Origin: Candidatus Lokiarchaeum ossiferum
GTDB taxonomy: Archaea > Asgardarchaeota > Lokiarchaeia > Sigyniarchaeales > Promethearchaeaceae
DNA length: 32,000 bases
Direction: 5' to 3'
Assembly (NCBI GenBank): GCA_025839675.1
Contig: CP104013.1
Span: 1,650,001-1,682,000 of the forward strand
Under the pieces are notes generated by a model. That model had not been told where the DNA came from and did not search any database. It saw only the letters and a program-made list of their open reading frames with translations. Position numbers and translations under genes: made by a program. Every line of letters begins with the position of its first letter. Position 1 is the first letter of the stretch. Positions 8,384-16,866 of this stretch are shown one piece after another.

Positions 8384-8398
8384 GTGTTATCATTTTTT

Positions 8399-8974
8399 TT
8401 ATTTTATATTCTTCACCCATTTTAGAGTATCTGTTGCATCCTCTTCTTTTTCAAAGAAATTTATCAATTTTCCCACTTCAATGGCAAAATCCGTAAAAGC
8501 TTGACCTTGAGCAGTCAAAATATTACCGTCTCGAATGAGATCTACTTCTTCAAATAGCGTATTTTTAAAAAAAACTTTTTCATCTTCTTGAATACTTCCA
8601 GTGCATTTTTTTCCATCTAATATACCAGAATTAGCTAAAAAGGTGGGACCACCACAAATAGCTGCAATTTTTTTCTTTTTTTGATTGAGTGTAGTCAAAA
8701 TATGATTTAGTGCTTTCACATATTCTCTTTGTTCAGGATCTTTAATCAATAACTTCGGTTCTCCTCCAGGAATAATAAAAAGATCACAAAGATCAGGATT
8801 TAATTCCGACAACAATTTATCGGCTTTAACTTTAAGCTTGGTTTCACTTTCAAATTCAAGTTTATTGAAGCCGAAATAAACCAAATTTTCTCTTTTGAGT
8901 AAAAGCGTGGCAAGAACAATTTCAAAATCCGCAAAACGATCATAAAGTAATACATAAATATTACGTTTTTCCAT
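8399..8974 (-). CDS. DJ-1/PfpI family (class I glutamine amidotransferase-like) protein.
   Basis: LFIIPGGEP, and IAAICGGPTFLANSGILDGKKCTG (nucleophile elbow with Cys). The length of 191 aa fits the family. Confidence 0.8.
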   Translation of the reverse strand: MEKRNIYVLLYDRFADFEIVLATLLLKRENLVYFGFNKLEFESETKLKVKADKLLSELNPDLCDLFIIPGGEPKLLIKDPEQREYVKALNHILTTLNQKKKKIAAICGGPTFLANSGILDGKKCTGSIQEDEKVFFKNTLFEEVDLIRDGNILTAQGQAFTDFAIEVGKLINFFEKEEDATDTLKWVKNIK

Positions 8975-9009
8975 AAATATCAGAAAAATAGTTTATTTTT
9001 CAAGTTTTT

Positions 9010-11319
9010 TTATTTCATGAGTGATTTCAATTGATCAATAGTTGTATTGGGATCATATCCATCAAATTCAAATATCTTTGCAGAAGAGTATTTGATAAAA
9101 TTGTTTTCAATTCGTTGAACAGATAATTGATCAACCCCCAAAAAGCGAGTTGCGAAAGATTTCTTAGGTTTCATAATCACTAATTGATATCCTCGATTTC
9201 CAATTTTTTTGGCTATTTTTTCAAGTTCATCAGCAATCTGTGTAAAATCTGCACGACTTGAAGCATTTAAAGCAGGTTTTTCCAAGGAAATATTTGCTCC
9301 TAAATCACTTAGTATTAATATAATCGGGATAGAAAGTCCTTTAATTTGTTCTTGCCGAATTAAAGTTGTAGCTATATTCAGCGCAGATGCAAGTGGAGTG
9401 TACGATGTCGCTTTAAGATTGTTTAGCCTTTTCATCCCCACTGAAAATGAAACAGATGGTCGTTGAAGGATGCGAGCTTCTTTTCCTTGAAATGAAATTA
9501 CACTAATTTTATCTTTCTTTGTATAACCCTCAGCATGAACACTTTGAATCACTTTTATCGTTTGTTTTAAAATCCGACGCATGGATGCACTTGCATCTAC
9601 AATAAAATAGAGTGAAAGAGGAGCATGCAGTTCATTTACCTTTTCTAGAATGTATTCATATTTCAAATTCACGGCCAAATTTGAAGGATTGGGCAAATTT
9701 GAAGAATAAACAGCATCTCTAACTTTTTGCATTGAAGAAGGATACGAAATGAAGTGATTTTTAATAGTAGCATTGAAAGCTATGGAATTTGGATGTTTTT
9801 TTGGCTTTTGAGCAAAAACGTATCGCCCTCCGCTCCGAGTTAAAATTTTTAATCTAGAACCTCTCCCATTGAATTTCACTATCCTTCTATTTTTTTTTAT
9901 CAAACTTAAAATAGGAGAAACATCGATATTTAGAGGTCTTTCAACAATATAGGTGGGGATTTCATTTAAGTCACTCAGTTCAATTTTTTTAAATGAGTTG
10001 AGATCTCCAACTTTAAGTCCGTTTGAAAATTTTTCTTCCAAATTCAAATTAGAATATTGATCTTTAGAATTTCGATCACCACTTTGCAATTCCGGAAGAT
10101 CTTTGCTTCTATGCTCCAAAGGATTTTCACGAAATTCTCCACCAACTTTCATTGAAGATTTGTAGATGGAAGATTTTTCTGAAAAATCGGATTTTTTGTC
10201 ATTTTGTGAAAATTCAGGAAATGAAGTGATATTTTGCCAAATTTTTTCAAAGGTTGATTCTAGAAGAAGATTTGTTTCAACATCATTTTTTGATGATAAT
10301 TTACCCTGCAAGGTTAAATGCATTCCTTTTTTCAGGTGATTTTTAGTAATATGAAGATTTCCATGATATGCTGCAATAGCCCGACTAACTTTTAATAAAG
10401 TAAATTCGACACGAGGTGATAATTGCGGAAATGAAGACACAAGTTTTGAAACAAAAAAATGGTCTCTTTTTAGGAATTGGATATCTTTCAATAAATTTTG
10501 GGCATATAAAATTCTCTTACGAAGTGAGTTTTGAGAGAGCTTGTATTTTTCAATAAATTTTTTAGGATTATCATCAAATTCTATTGCATTATGTGTGATT
10601 TGAGATCTAATTGAGACATCATTTGGAGCTTTAATATCTACAATCAATCCAAAACGATCTAAGATCTGAGGGCGTAGAATTCCTTCTTCTGGATTCATAG
10701 AACCTATAAAAATAAAATCAGATTTATGAGATAAAGATAAGCTTTCTCTTTCAATATAATTAATCTTGGAACTAACAACATCCAAGAGAAGATCGAGAAG
10801 ATTATCAGGTAACAAATTAATCTCATCGATATATAATACACCTCGATGAGCTTTAGCTAGGAGACCCGGTTGGACTCTAATTTTACCTTTTGCAATTAAA
10901 TTTTCTAAGTCAACAGAACCAACCATCATATCACTAGTTGCTCCGAGAGGGATAGTTATAAATTCTCTTTTCTTTGTCATTCTAATTAAGTTATTAGAAT
11001 TTTCTTGACAGAAAAAACAATAATTTTCATTATCTTCTGGATCACAGTGAAATGGACAATATTGATTCACATCAATATTTGATAGAAGGGGTCTTAGAGA
11101 ACGTGCAACAATGCTCTTTCCAGTTCCTTGTTGACCAATCAAAAGAACTCCGCCAATATGTGGATCAATCATATTTAAAATCAATGCCAATTTCATCCGA
11201 TTTTGGCCTAAAAAGGCAGAGAAGGGAAAAGAAATTCTATTCACTATAAGTGAATTAATTGAAAATAATATATGAAAATTTCTCAAAAATAGAATAAAAA
11301 AGAGATTGATAAATCTCAA
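9010..11319 (-). CDS. ChlI/BchI-type AAA+ ATPase fused to a C-terminal von Willebrand A domain (ChlD/BchD-like architecture with an intact ATPase).
   Basis: FPFSAFLGQNRMKLALILNMIDPHIGGVLLIGQQGTGKS (Walker A). CPFHCDPEDNENYCFFC (Cys cluster of the kind I recall from ChlI-type proteins). VLYIDEINLL (Walker B). FIFIGSMNPEEG...LDRFGL. A low-complexity linker of roughly 200 aa follows. The vWA domain has MIDAS DASASM, TPLASAL and LSDLGAN. The TTG start at 11319 overlaps the upstream stop by 4 nt (TTGA). An internal GTG (VNRISFPF) is an alternative start. Confidence 0.85.
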   Translation of the reverse strand: MRFINLFFILFLRNFHILFSINSLIVNRISFPFSAFLGQNRMKLALILNMIDPHIGGVLLIGQQGTGKSIVARSLRPLLSNIDVNQYCPFHCDPEDNENYCFFCQENSNNLIRMTKKREFITIPLGATSDMMVGSVDLENLIAKGKIRVQPGLLAKAHRGVLYIDEINLLPDNLLDLLLDVVSSKINYIERESLSLSHKSDFIFIGSMNPEEGILRPQILDRFGLIVDIKAPNDVSIRSQITHNAIEFDDNPKKFIEKYKLSQNSLRKRILYAQNLLKDIQFLKRDHFFVSKLVSSFPQLSPRVEFTLLKVSRAIAAYHGNLHITKNHLKKGMHLTLQGKLSSKNDVETNLLLESTFEKIWQNITSFPEFSQNDKKSDFSEKSSIYKSSMKVGGEFRENPLEHRSKDLPELQSGDRNSKDQYSNLNLEEKFSNGLKVGDLNSFKKIELSDLNEIPTYIVERPLNIDVSPILSLIKKNRRIVKFNGRGSRLKILTRSGGRYVFAQKPKKHPNSIAFNATIKNHFISYPSSMQKVRDAVYSSNLPNPSNLAVNLKYEYILEKVNELHAPLSLYFIVDASASMRRILKQTIKVIQSVHAEGYTKKDKISVISFQGKEARILQRPSVSFSVGMKRLNNLKATSYTPLASALNIATTLIRQEQIKGLSIPIILILSDLGANISLEKPALNASSRADFTQIADELEKIAKKIGNRGYQLVIMKPKKSFATRFLGVDQLSVQRIENNFIKYSSAKIFEFDGYDPNTTIDQLKSLMK

Positions 11320-12008
11320 TCAAATTTCTTGATAGTAACAGAATTGGCACAATAAAACATATCGGTAATCCCAATATTACTGGAACTAGGAGGTACGATA
11401 GGATTGGCAGGTTGTTGAACATTCCAAGGCAAAGGATCTTCCCCTTTCTTTGTGATATTCAAAATTTTGATATAATAGCGAATTGCAGTATTATAATAAG
11501 GTGAACTCGGTTTACCATAGCTTTGTGTTTTTAACCCTGTATTATCATCAATTCCATCACCATTATCATCAATATTGGCTTCTAAGACAAAACGCTTGGT
11601 TTGTCCTTGTTCCATCCCCACCATCGCCCCATAAAACCCATATGGTTCGGCAGATGTAGAAATAGTTGGATACACTTCACCACCCATAGCAGGGGTGATT
11701 TCGTTGTTTTCATCATCGTGGTATTCATCCCAGTCGACTAAGCCATCACCATTGGTATCAACCCACATTTTGAATTCAAGAATCGCACTATCTCCATATT
11801 CTATAACACGAGTTTCTTCTTCTCCCCCGTTTGCTGGATTGAGATTGTCAATATTAATTACGAGAATTACAACAGCAACCACTATTATAACAAACCCAAT
11901 TCCCATAAAAATAAGTCTTGGATTTATACTATTTGCAGATAAATTTTGCTTCTTGACGTATTGTTGTTTACGAGCATTATGTTTAGGATTTTTTGAAGGA
12001 ATGTTCAT
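11316..12008 (-). CDS. Single-pass membrane-anchored protein with an FKBP-like (PPIase-fold) ectodomain carrying DxNGDG calcium-loop-like motifs.
   Basis: Basic N-terminus, then a TM helix LIFMGIGFVIIVVAVVILVINI. VIEYGDSAILEFKMWVDTNGDGLVDWDE ... PYGFYGAMVGMEQGQTKRFVLEA ... IRYYIKILNI resembles the FKBP pattern (GD.v.v.Y.g...dG / GfeeallGMkvGe). There are two DxNGDGxxD motifs. The assignment is by eye only. Confidence 0.5.
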   Translation of the reverse strand: MNIPSKNPKHNARKQQYVKKQNLSANSINPRLIFMGIGFVIIVVAVVILVINIDNLNPANGGEEETRVIEYGDSAILEFKMWVDTNGDGLVDWDEYHDDENNEITPAMGGEVYPTISTSAEPYGFYGAMVGMEQGQTKRFVLEANIDDNGDGIDDNTGLKTQSYGKPSSPYYNTAIRYYIKILNITKKGEDPLPWNVQQPANPIVPPSSSNIGITDMFYCANSVTIKKFD

Positions 12009-12088
12009 TCACTCCGGATTTTTTATTCAAGTTTTTAACTCTATGAAGAAATATTTAAAAGTAATTAAAAAATTTTTTAGCACGTTTT

Positions 12089-12949
12089 TTATATATAGAG
12101 ATTGTTTTCTGAATTCTTAAACGTATCCTTCTCCACTGTTGATTTCAGCTGCATTTGTAATTTCGGACTGATATTTTTCATAAAATAGTCAATAGCAAAA
12201 ACTATACTAAAATAATTGAGTTTAAATGTTTCAAAATCCGCAGAAATTGGTACATCTGCTTGTGCCCAGATACTTTTATTTTCTGGATCCAGCGAATAAA
12301 CAACACTGTTTAAAATAAAATTTCCTTTAAGGATTTCAGCATAGAGATGCGTAGTTGAATTACTGGATAGTTTATCAATTTCGAATATGGATGTTTTAAT
12401 CAGAATCCACTCTGGACTTAAAACAATATGACTTAGAAATGTGAAATCTTCATAATCAAAGGGAACTGCAATGATAAGCTTCTTCCGATCAATCTTAAGA
12501 TCCACGATTCCTATATCCTCAAGGTAACAAACAACCAAGTCGAGATTTTCTTCCATTTTTTCCCGTTCTTCATCAGTCAACAATTTTTGAAGGTTTTCAT
12601 CTAAAGGAGTTAAAGGAAGATCGAGTGTATTGGAGGAAACTATATCTGTATCTTCAAGTTCAGAAATTTTCTTTTTTGAAGGTTTTTTGGATGTTTTCTT
12701 TTGAATTTTATCTCCATTCTTAGTGGATTTTTTGGATTTCTTTGTAGATTTCTTAGAAGTTTTTTTTGAAGCTTTTTTTGAAGCTTTTTTTTTGGATTTT
12801 TTAGAGGATTCTGCATTAGATGTCTTAGATAAATTATTTTTTGCCTCTGAAGTTTTCTTCTTTGTCTTCTTCGTTTTTTTGGTTTTATTCGCAGTATTCT
12901 CAGAATCCTCCTGAGATGATTTAATTTCCTTTGTTTTTTTTTTCCCCAT
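12089..12949 (-). CDS. Protein with a roughly 100-aa Lys/Ser-rich tail and a C-terminal YbjN / type-III-chaperone-like domain (tentative).
   Basis: N-terminus MGKKKTKE...KKTKKTKKKTSEAK...SKKSKKKASKKASKKTSKKSTKKSKKSTK...KKTSKKPSKKK. The C-terminal part SPEWILIKTSIFEIDKL....LYAEILKGNFILNSVVYSLDPENKSIWAQADVPI looks like the YbjN-family pattern. The two overlapping track ORFs (12640..12963 minus, 12723..12914 plus) are low-complexity artefacts. Confidence 0.6.
   Translation of the reverse strand: MGKKKTKEIKSSQEDSENTANKTKKTKKTKKKTSEAKNNLSKTSNAESSKKSKKKASKKASKKTSKKSTKKSKKSTKNGDKIQKKTSKKPSKKKISELEDTDIVSSNTLDLPLTPLDENLQKLLTDEEREKMEENLDLVVCYLEDIGIVDLKIDRKKLIIAVPFDYEDFTFLSHIVLSPEWILIKTSIFEIDKLSSNSTTHLYAEILKGNFILNSVVYSLDPENKSIWAQADVPISADFETFKLNYFSIVFAIDYFMKNISPKLQMQLKSTVEKDTFKNSENNLYI
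12761..12784. repeat. Exact 12-bp tandem duplication (TTTTTTTGAAGC x2) within the Lys-rich coding region.
   Basis: Read directly from the sequence. It encodes ASKKASKK on the minus strand and sits in a wider imperfect K/S-codon repeat spanning about 12650..12930. Confidence 0.85.
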
Positions 12950-13054
12950 ATATCAAATACCAATTTTTTTTTTATTAGTTAATATTTTTAATTTAACAAC
13001 CGAACTTTAAAAGAATTCGATTCAATGTAAATTAGAGATATTAAGATCAAACAA

Positions 13055-13078
13055 GTGTCAGATAAAGTGTCAGAAAAA
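13055..13078 (+). repeat. 12-bp tandem repeat GTGTCAGAtAAA / GTGTCAGAaAAA at or before the start of the MoxR-like gene.
   Basis: Read directly from the sequence, with 11 of 12 positions identical. It either encodes VSDKVSEK if GTG 13055 is the start, or lies in the 5' region if ATG 13112 is the start. Confidence 0.8.
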
Positions 13079-14977
13079 TCATCCTACTTTCAAGAAAAAG
13101 TCTGGTATATTATGAATTCGATTCAAGCAAACCAACTTTTTGTCCACTCTTCTAATTTGGAGATTTTGGTCCCCCAAATAAAAATAAACAAAAAAAGTAA
13201 AACCAACCCCACCAAATCGATCCAAAAATCAAAGAAATTAATTGCAAAGCAATTACCGGAAATATTAACTATTTGTATCTTGAATGCGCTATCCCCAAAT
13301 TCTGCAATGTTACTTGTAGGAGGGCATGGAGGAGGAAAAACATCAATAGTAAAATATCTTGGACGGATGTTTACGGGAATGAGCCTTGCAGAAGCAGAAG
13401 AATGTATTTTACGGGGGCATCCTCAACTCACAGAAGAAAAAATAATTGCAACTTTAAATATCAAGAAATTAATGAAGGAAGGAGAAGAAGAAGTTATTTG
13501 GCGACGTTTTTCTTCAAATTTTTGGAAAATCATTGACGAAGTGAATCGATGTTCCCCCTATACTCAAAATATCCTTCTTTCACTTTTAGCGGAAGGTAAA
13601 ATTAAGTATTATGATTCGGTGCTTAATATTTCAAAATATTGTGTTTATGCGACATTGAATCCAAATGATGTGGGCACATTTGAAATGGCTGCACCATTTC
13701 TTGACCGTTTTGGAATATCGGTTCCAATTTCAATGCCAAAATCTCAGGATTTGGCAATTATTCTTAGTAGTCATGATGAAAAATTGGGAGGATATGACGA
13801 ATTGATTCAAGTACCCCAAGTATTAACGGTGGAACAATTATTGAACATCTGGTACGAGGTAGAAAATATCTCTTGTTCTCAAGAAGCATTAGATTTCATT
13901 CATGCAATCATTAGAGAATTTACATTATGTGAAAGAATTGATAAAGGAAACTCAGACTATCTAAAACCTTCGACAGGCTTATGTGCCGGATGCCATTATA
14001 ATATACCAAACAAAATCCCTTGCTGTAATTCCGATTCAATTTTATCGGTTCGAGTAGCAAAAGATCTTCTTCGTTACTCAAAAGCACTATCGTGGCTATT
14101 AAATCAACCAGAAATTTCAATAAACACAATCATAACGCTTGCACCATACGTAATTAGCCATCGAGTCACATATATTGAACGATTAATAAATACAAGTCCA
14201 TATTGGGGGAATAAATACAAGTATACCCAAAAAATGCTTGAAATTATTCAAAAACGATTTTTAGTTCGCAAAAAAGCATATCAGATAATTCAAAATTTGC
14301 AAGCAGGTACAAGTTCAGATGAGGAAATGAATACAATTAAAATGATGGCTAAATCTGACCTAATTATAATCCAAGATCTACTTCCTCTGGCACAAAGTTT
14401 ATTTACCAAACCTTATCAAGAAAAAGTCCAAATTATGGAAAAAGCGCATCAACTAAAGGATATTAACACAATTTCCCAAATTAGAAGAGAATTGTTAAGA
14501 GATATAGATTTTCCAAATCGAGGCGCATTAATTTCTCGGTTAAATGGGATTTTAAGAGAATTGACACTTCGGAATTACAATTGTTCTATGGAATTATGGA
14601 ATTCTATCCGATTTACAATTGATGGACTGTTACCAGATTTTTCTCAAAAATTACGAGAAACAACTAAGCAAAGAGGAACATATAGACTAAAGAATGAAGA
14701 TTTGGAATTAGAAATTAATGTTACAGGAATTCAAAAGACTGATATCGTAAATTTTAGTTTTTTTGGCGGAGAAACTGCCACGATTTTAAAAGAACGGATT
14801 CAAGAAAACCATAAAAATTCATTTAAGAAAATGGAAGAATTGATTGAAGAAGCGGAAAATAGTCAAAAAGATCTTGAAAATAAATATATTGCTGAAAATC
14901 CTTCAAAAATTTCGGAACCACCATCCAAATCAGAATCCACGGATGATCTATTTGATGAAGAGTTTTTTCAGTTGTAG
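13055..14977 (+). CDS. MoxR-like AAA+ ATPase with a long C-terminal extension.
   Basis: MLLVGGHGGGKTS (Walker A), WKIIDEVNRCSPYTQNILLSLLAEGKI (Walker B plus the MoxR signature), VYATLNPND...APFLDRFGISVPISMP, and lid VRVAKDLLRYSKALSWLLNQPEISINTIITLAPYVISHRV. There is a Cys cluster CAGCHYNIPNKIPCC. About 250 extra C-terminal residues end in DDLFDEEFFQL. The start may be ATG 13112. Confidence 0.85.
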   Translation: MSDKVSEKSSYFQEKVWYIMNSIQANQLFVHSSNLEILVPQIKINKKSKTNPTKSIQKSKKLIAKQLPEILTICILNALSPNSAMLLVGGHGGGKTSIVKYLGRMFTGMSLAEAEECILRGHPQLTEEKIIATLNIKKLMKEGEEEVIWRRFSSNFWKIIDEVNRCSPYTQNILLSLLAEGKIKYYDSVLNISKYCVYATLNPNDVGTFEMAAPFLDRFGISVPISMPKSQDLAIILSSHDEKLGGYDELIQVPQVLTVEQLLNIWYEVENISCSQEALDFIHAIIREFTLCERIDKGNSDYLKPSTGLCAGCHYNIPNKIPCCNSDSILSVRVAKDLLRYSKALSWLLNQPEISINTIITLAPYVISHRVTYIERLINTSPYWGNKYKYTQKMLEIIQKRFLVRKKAYQIIQNLQAGTSSDEEMNTIKMMAKSDLIIIQDLLPLAQSLFTKPYQEKVQIMEKAHQLKDINTISQIRRELLRDIDFPNRGALISRLNGILRELTLRNYNCSMELWNSIRFTIDGLLPDFSQKLRETTKQRGTYRLKNEDLELEINVTGIQKTDIVNFSFFGGETATILKERIQENHKNSFKKMEELIEEAENSQKDLENKYIAENPSKISEPPSKSESTDDLFDEEFFQL

Positions 14978-14990
14978 AGGATGAATTATA

Positions 14991-16859
14991 TTGAGTCCCC
15001 AATATCCCGAAAAATCCCAAAAAAACCTCATAAAAAAAAAAAAAAGAAAGCCGAAAAGATCCATCAAAATCAAACCAATTAAGGGACGAATTTTAGAACT
15101 AAAGGACAATTATAAAAAAAATGGAAAGAAACGAATATCAAAAGTATATCATTCTTTTTCAGATCAAGAAGAAAAGATACTGGAAATCGGAAAACGAGCT
15201 TATTATAAGGCTCTTGCTTACTATTATTATCCTAGCCTTCCCGATCCGGAATTCATTTTTGATTATTCAAAAAAGATTGGATTTTTCATCAACTTAGATA
15301 CCTACGGCATTACATTAAATCTTGCAAATACACCAAATATCTATTTAGAAAATGAATTGGAAGATTATTTTTTCTCTCTATCTCTACATGAAATATCCCA
15401 TTACATTTTTTGTCCTTATGATACTCTCACTAATTTCAGATTATTAGCAGCAGCGATTAGGGGGGGGGTAAATAAATACTATTCCCCGATGGTTGTTAAT
15501 ATTTTTGCAGATTTAATCATTGATCAAAAAAATCATGCTGACTTTCCAGATTTAATGAATTGGGAATTATTAAAAACTACAGAATCCCTTTTTGATAAAT
15601 CAGCTAACGAAACTTGTAGTAATCTGACCAAAGTTTTAATCGAATGTTATGAAATATTATGGGGAATACAAATTATTCCAAATTCCCAGAGAGATGAAAT
15701 TAGATCTAATGCTTCAAAAAATATTTGTCAAATAATATTAAAAAATTTTTCAAACGAAAATTTATGGGAAAAAAAGGTAAAAGCGATAGGGAAACAATTA
15801 GTGGAAATATTAAAGAAAGAAGTACAATTAAATAACAATTTTCAACAAGAAAATATAAAACAAAAACAATCCCCCTTTATTTTACCAGATGATGTTCTTA
15901 ATATATTTGGAGATCTTACAGAATTAAAAAACCCTGATTTGATTAAACAAAAATCTCCAGATTTAAACGCTCCAGTTGAAGACAAGGAAGAAAAAAATAT
16001 CCAAAATTTGATGGAAGAATTAGCGCCAGAATTAAGTTTCAATACAATGCGAGATCTTCTATCTTTACATGGTTATACGGATTCAACTCAGAATCTTGCA
16101 TTGTGGTATAGAGGACAAGCAAAAGGGTTGATTCAGATAGAATATTTTCAAAGAAAAAAAGGAGGTTCAATCCCCCTATATCCAGAAACTTGGAGAATAG
16201 GAGATGCAATTGAATCCTTTGATCCTATTCAATCGCTTTTAGTTAGTCCTGTGATCATTCCAAATATGACAACTCGAAAATGGAAATATGATTATGGGAT
16301 AGGGCAAGAAAAATTATCAAAAATCCAAGATATTATGATTGTTTTGGATTCTTCTGGTTCCATGGATTGGAATTTTAATAAGAAAAGCATTTCTGGTCGT
16401 TACCATATTTCTCTACTAGCAGCATTTTCTGCAATGCAATATTCCCTTCAACGAGGAAGCTATATCTCAGCAATAAATTTTTCAGAACAAATTATCGCTC
16501 AACCATGGACTAATGATTTAACCAAGATTGAACGAGTGTTGTTATCTTATCAAGGTTTTGGAACAAGATTACCAACTAAAAAAATTGAAGAATTTGCTCA
16601 AAAAGCTGAAAATCCATCTTTAATTTTAGTTATTTCAGATTTAGAAATTGAAAACTGGGCACCATCGAAGAAACTTATCAAAAAATTGCTAGCAATGGGA
16701 CATAAAATAATTTCTTTCTTCATTGACGGCGATCAATCCATATTATTGACAAAAAATTTTCAAGAGTTAATGGAAAGAGGTGCTAAATTTTATTGCATTG
16801 ACAATATTGATGATCTTATAGGATTGGTCCTTTCTGAAGTAAAAGTTTTGCATCAATAA
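14991..16859 (+). CDS. vWA-domain protein with an N-terminal HExxH metallopeptidase-like domain (DUF2201-like architecture), partner of the upstream MoxR ATPase.
   Basis: LSLHEISHYIFCPYD (HExxH) in the N-terminal half. The C-terminal vWA has MIDAS IMIVLDSSGSMDW, GFGTRLP and LVISDLE. The very basic N-terminus contains the A14 tract. The start is uncertain (TTG 14991 here, see the finding on ATG 14981). Confidence 0.75.
   Translation: MSPQYPEKSQKNLIKKKKRKPKRSIKIKPIKGRILELKDNYKKNGKKRISKVYHSFSDQEEKILEIGKRAYYKALAYYYYPSLPDPEFIFDYSKKIGFFINLDTYGITLNLANTPNIYLENELEDYFFSLSLHEISHYIFCPYDTLTNFRLLAAAIRGGVNKYYSPMVVNIFADLIIDQKNHADFPDLMNWELLKTTESLFDKSANETCSNLTKVLIECYEILWGIQIIPNSQRDEIRSNASKNICQIILKNFSNENLWEKKVKAIGKQLVEILKKEVQLNNNFQQENIKQKQSPFILPDDVLNIFGDLTELKNPDLIKQKSPDLNAPVEDKEEKNIQNLMEELAPELSFNTMRDLLSLHGYTDSTQNLALWYRGQAKGLIQIEYFQRKKGGSIPLYPETWRIGDAIESFDPIQSLLVSPVIIPNMTTRKWKYDYGIGQEKLSKIQDIMIVLDSSGSMDWNFNKKSISGRYHISLLAAFSAMQYSLQRGSYISAINFSEQIIAQPWTNDLTKIERVLLSYQGFGTRLPTKKIEEFAQKAENPSLILVISDLEIENWAPSKKLIKKLLAMGHKIISFFIDGDQSILLTKNFQELMERGAKFYCIDNIDDLIGLVLSEVKVLHQ
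15032..15045 (+). repeat. A14 homopolymer inside the 5' end of the vWA gene.
   Basis: Counted directly: ctcat-A14-gaaag. Confidence 0.9.
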
Positions 16860-16866
16860 TAATTTT

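Noticed and set aside
9010-11319. Calling the ChlI/vWA protein a bona fide magnesium or cobalt chelatase subunit.
   Set aside because: No ChlH/CobN-type large subunit and no tetrapyrrole genes are in the window. The family assignment is kept, but the chelatase function is not asserted.
12640-12963. Two overlapping ORFs (107 aa minus, 63 aa plus) in the Lys-rich repeat region looked like possible overlapping genes.
   Set aside because: They are alternative-frame readings of the same AAG/AAA/TCx repeat DNA. Only the 286-aa frame continues into a structured C-terminal domain.
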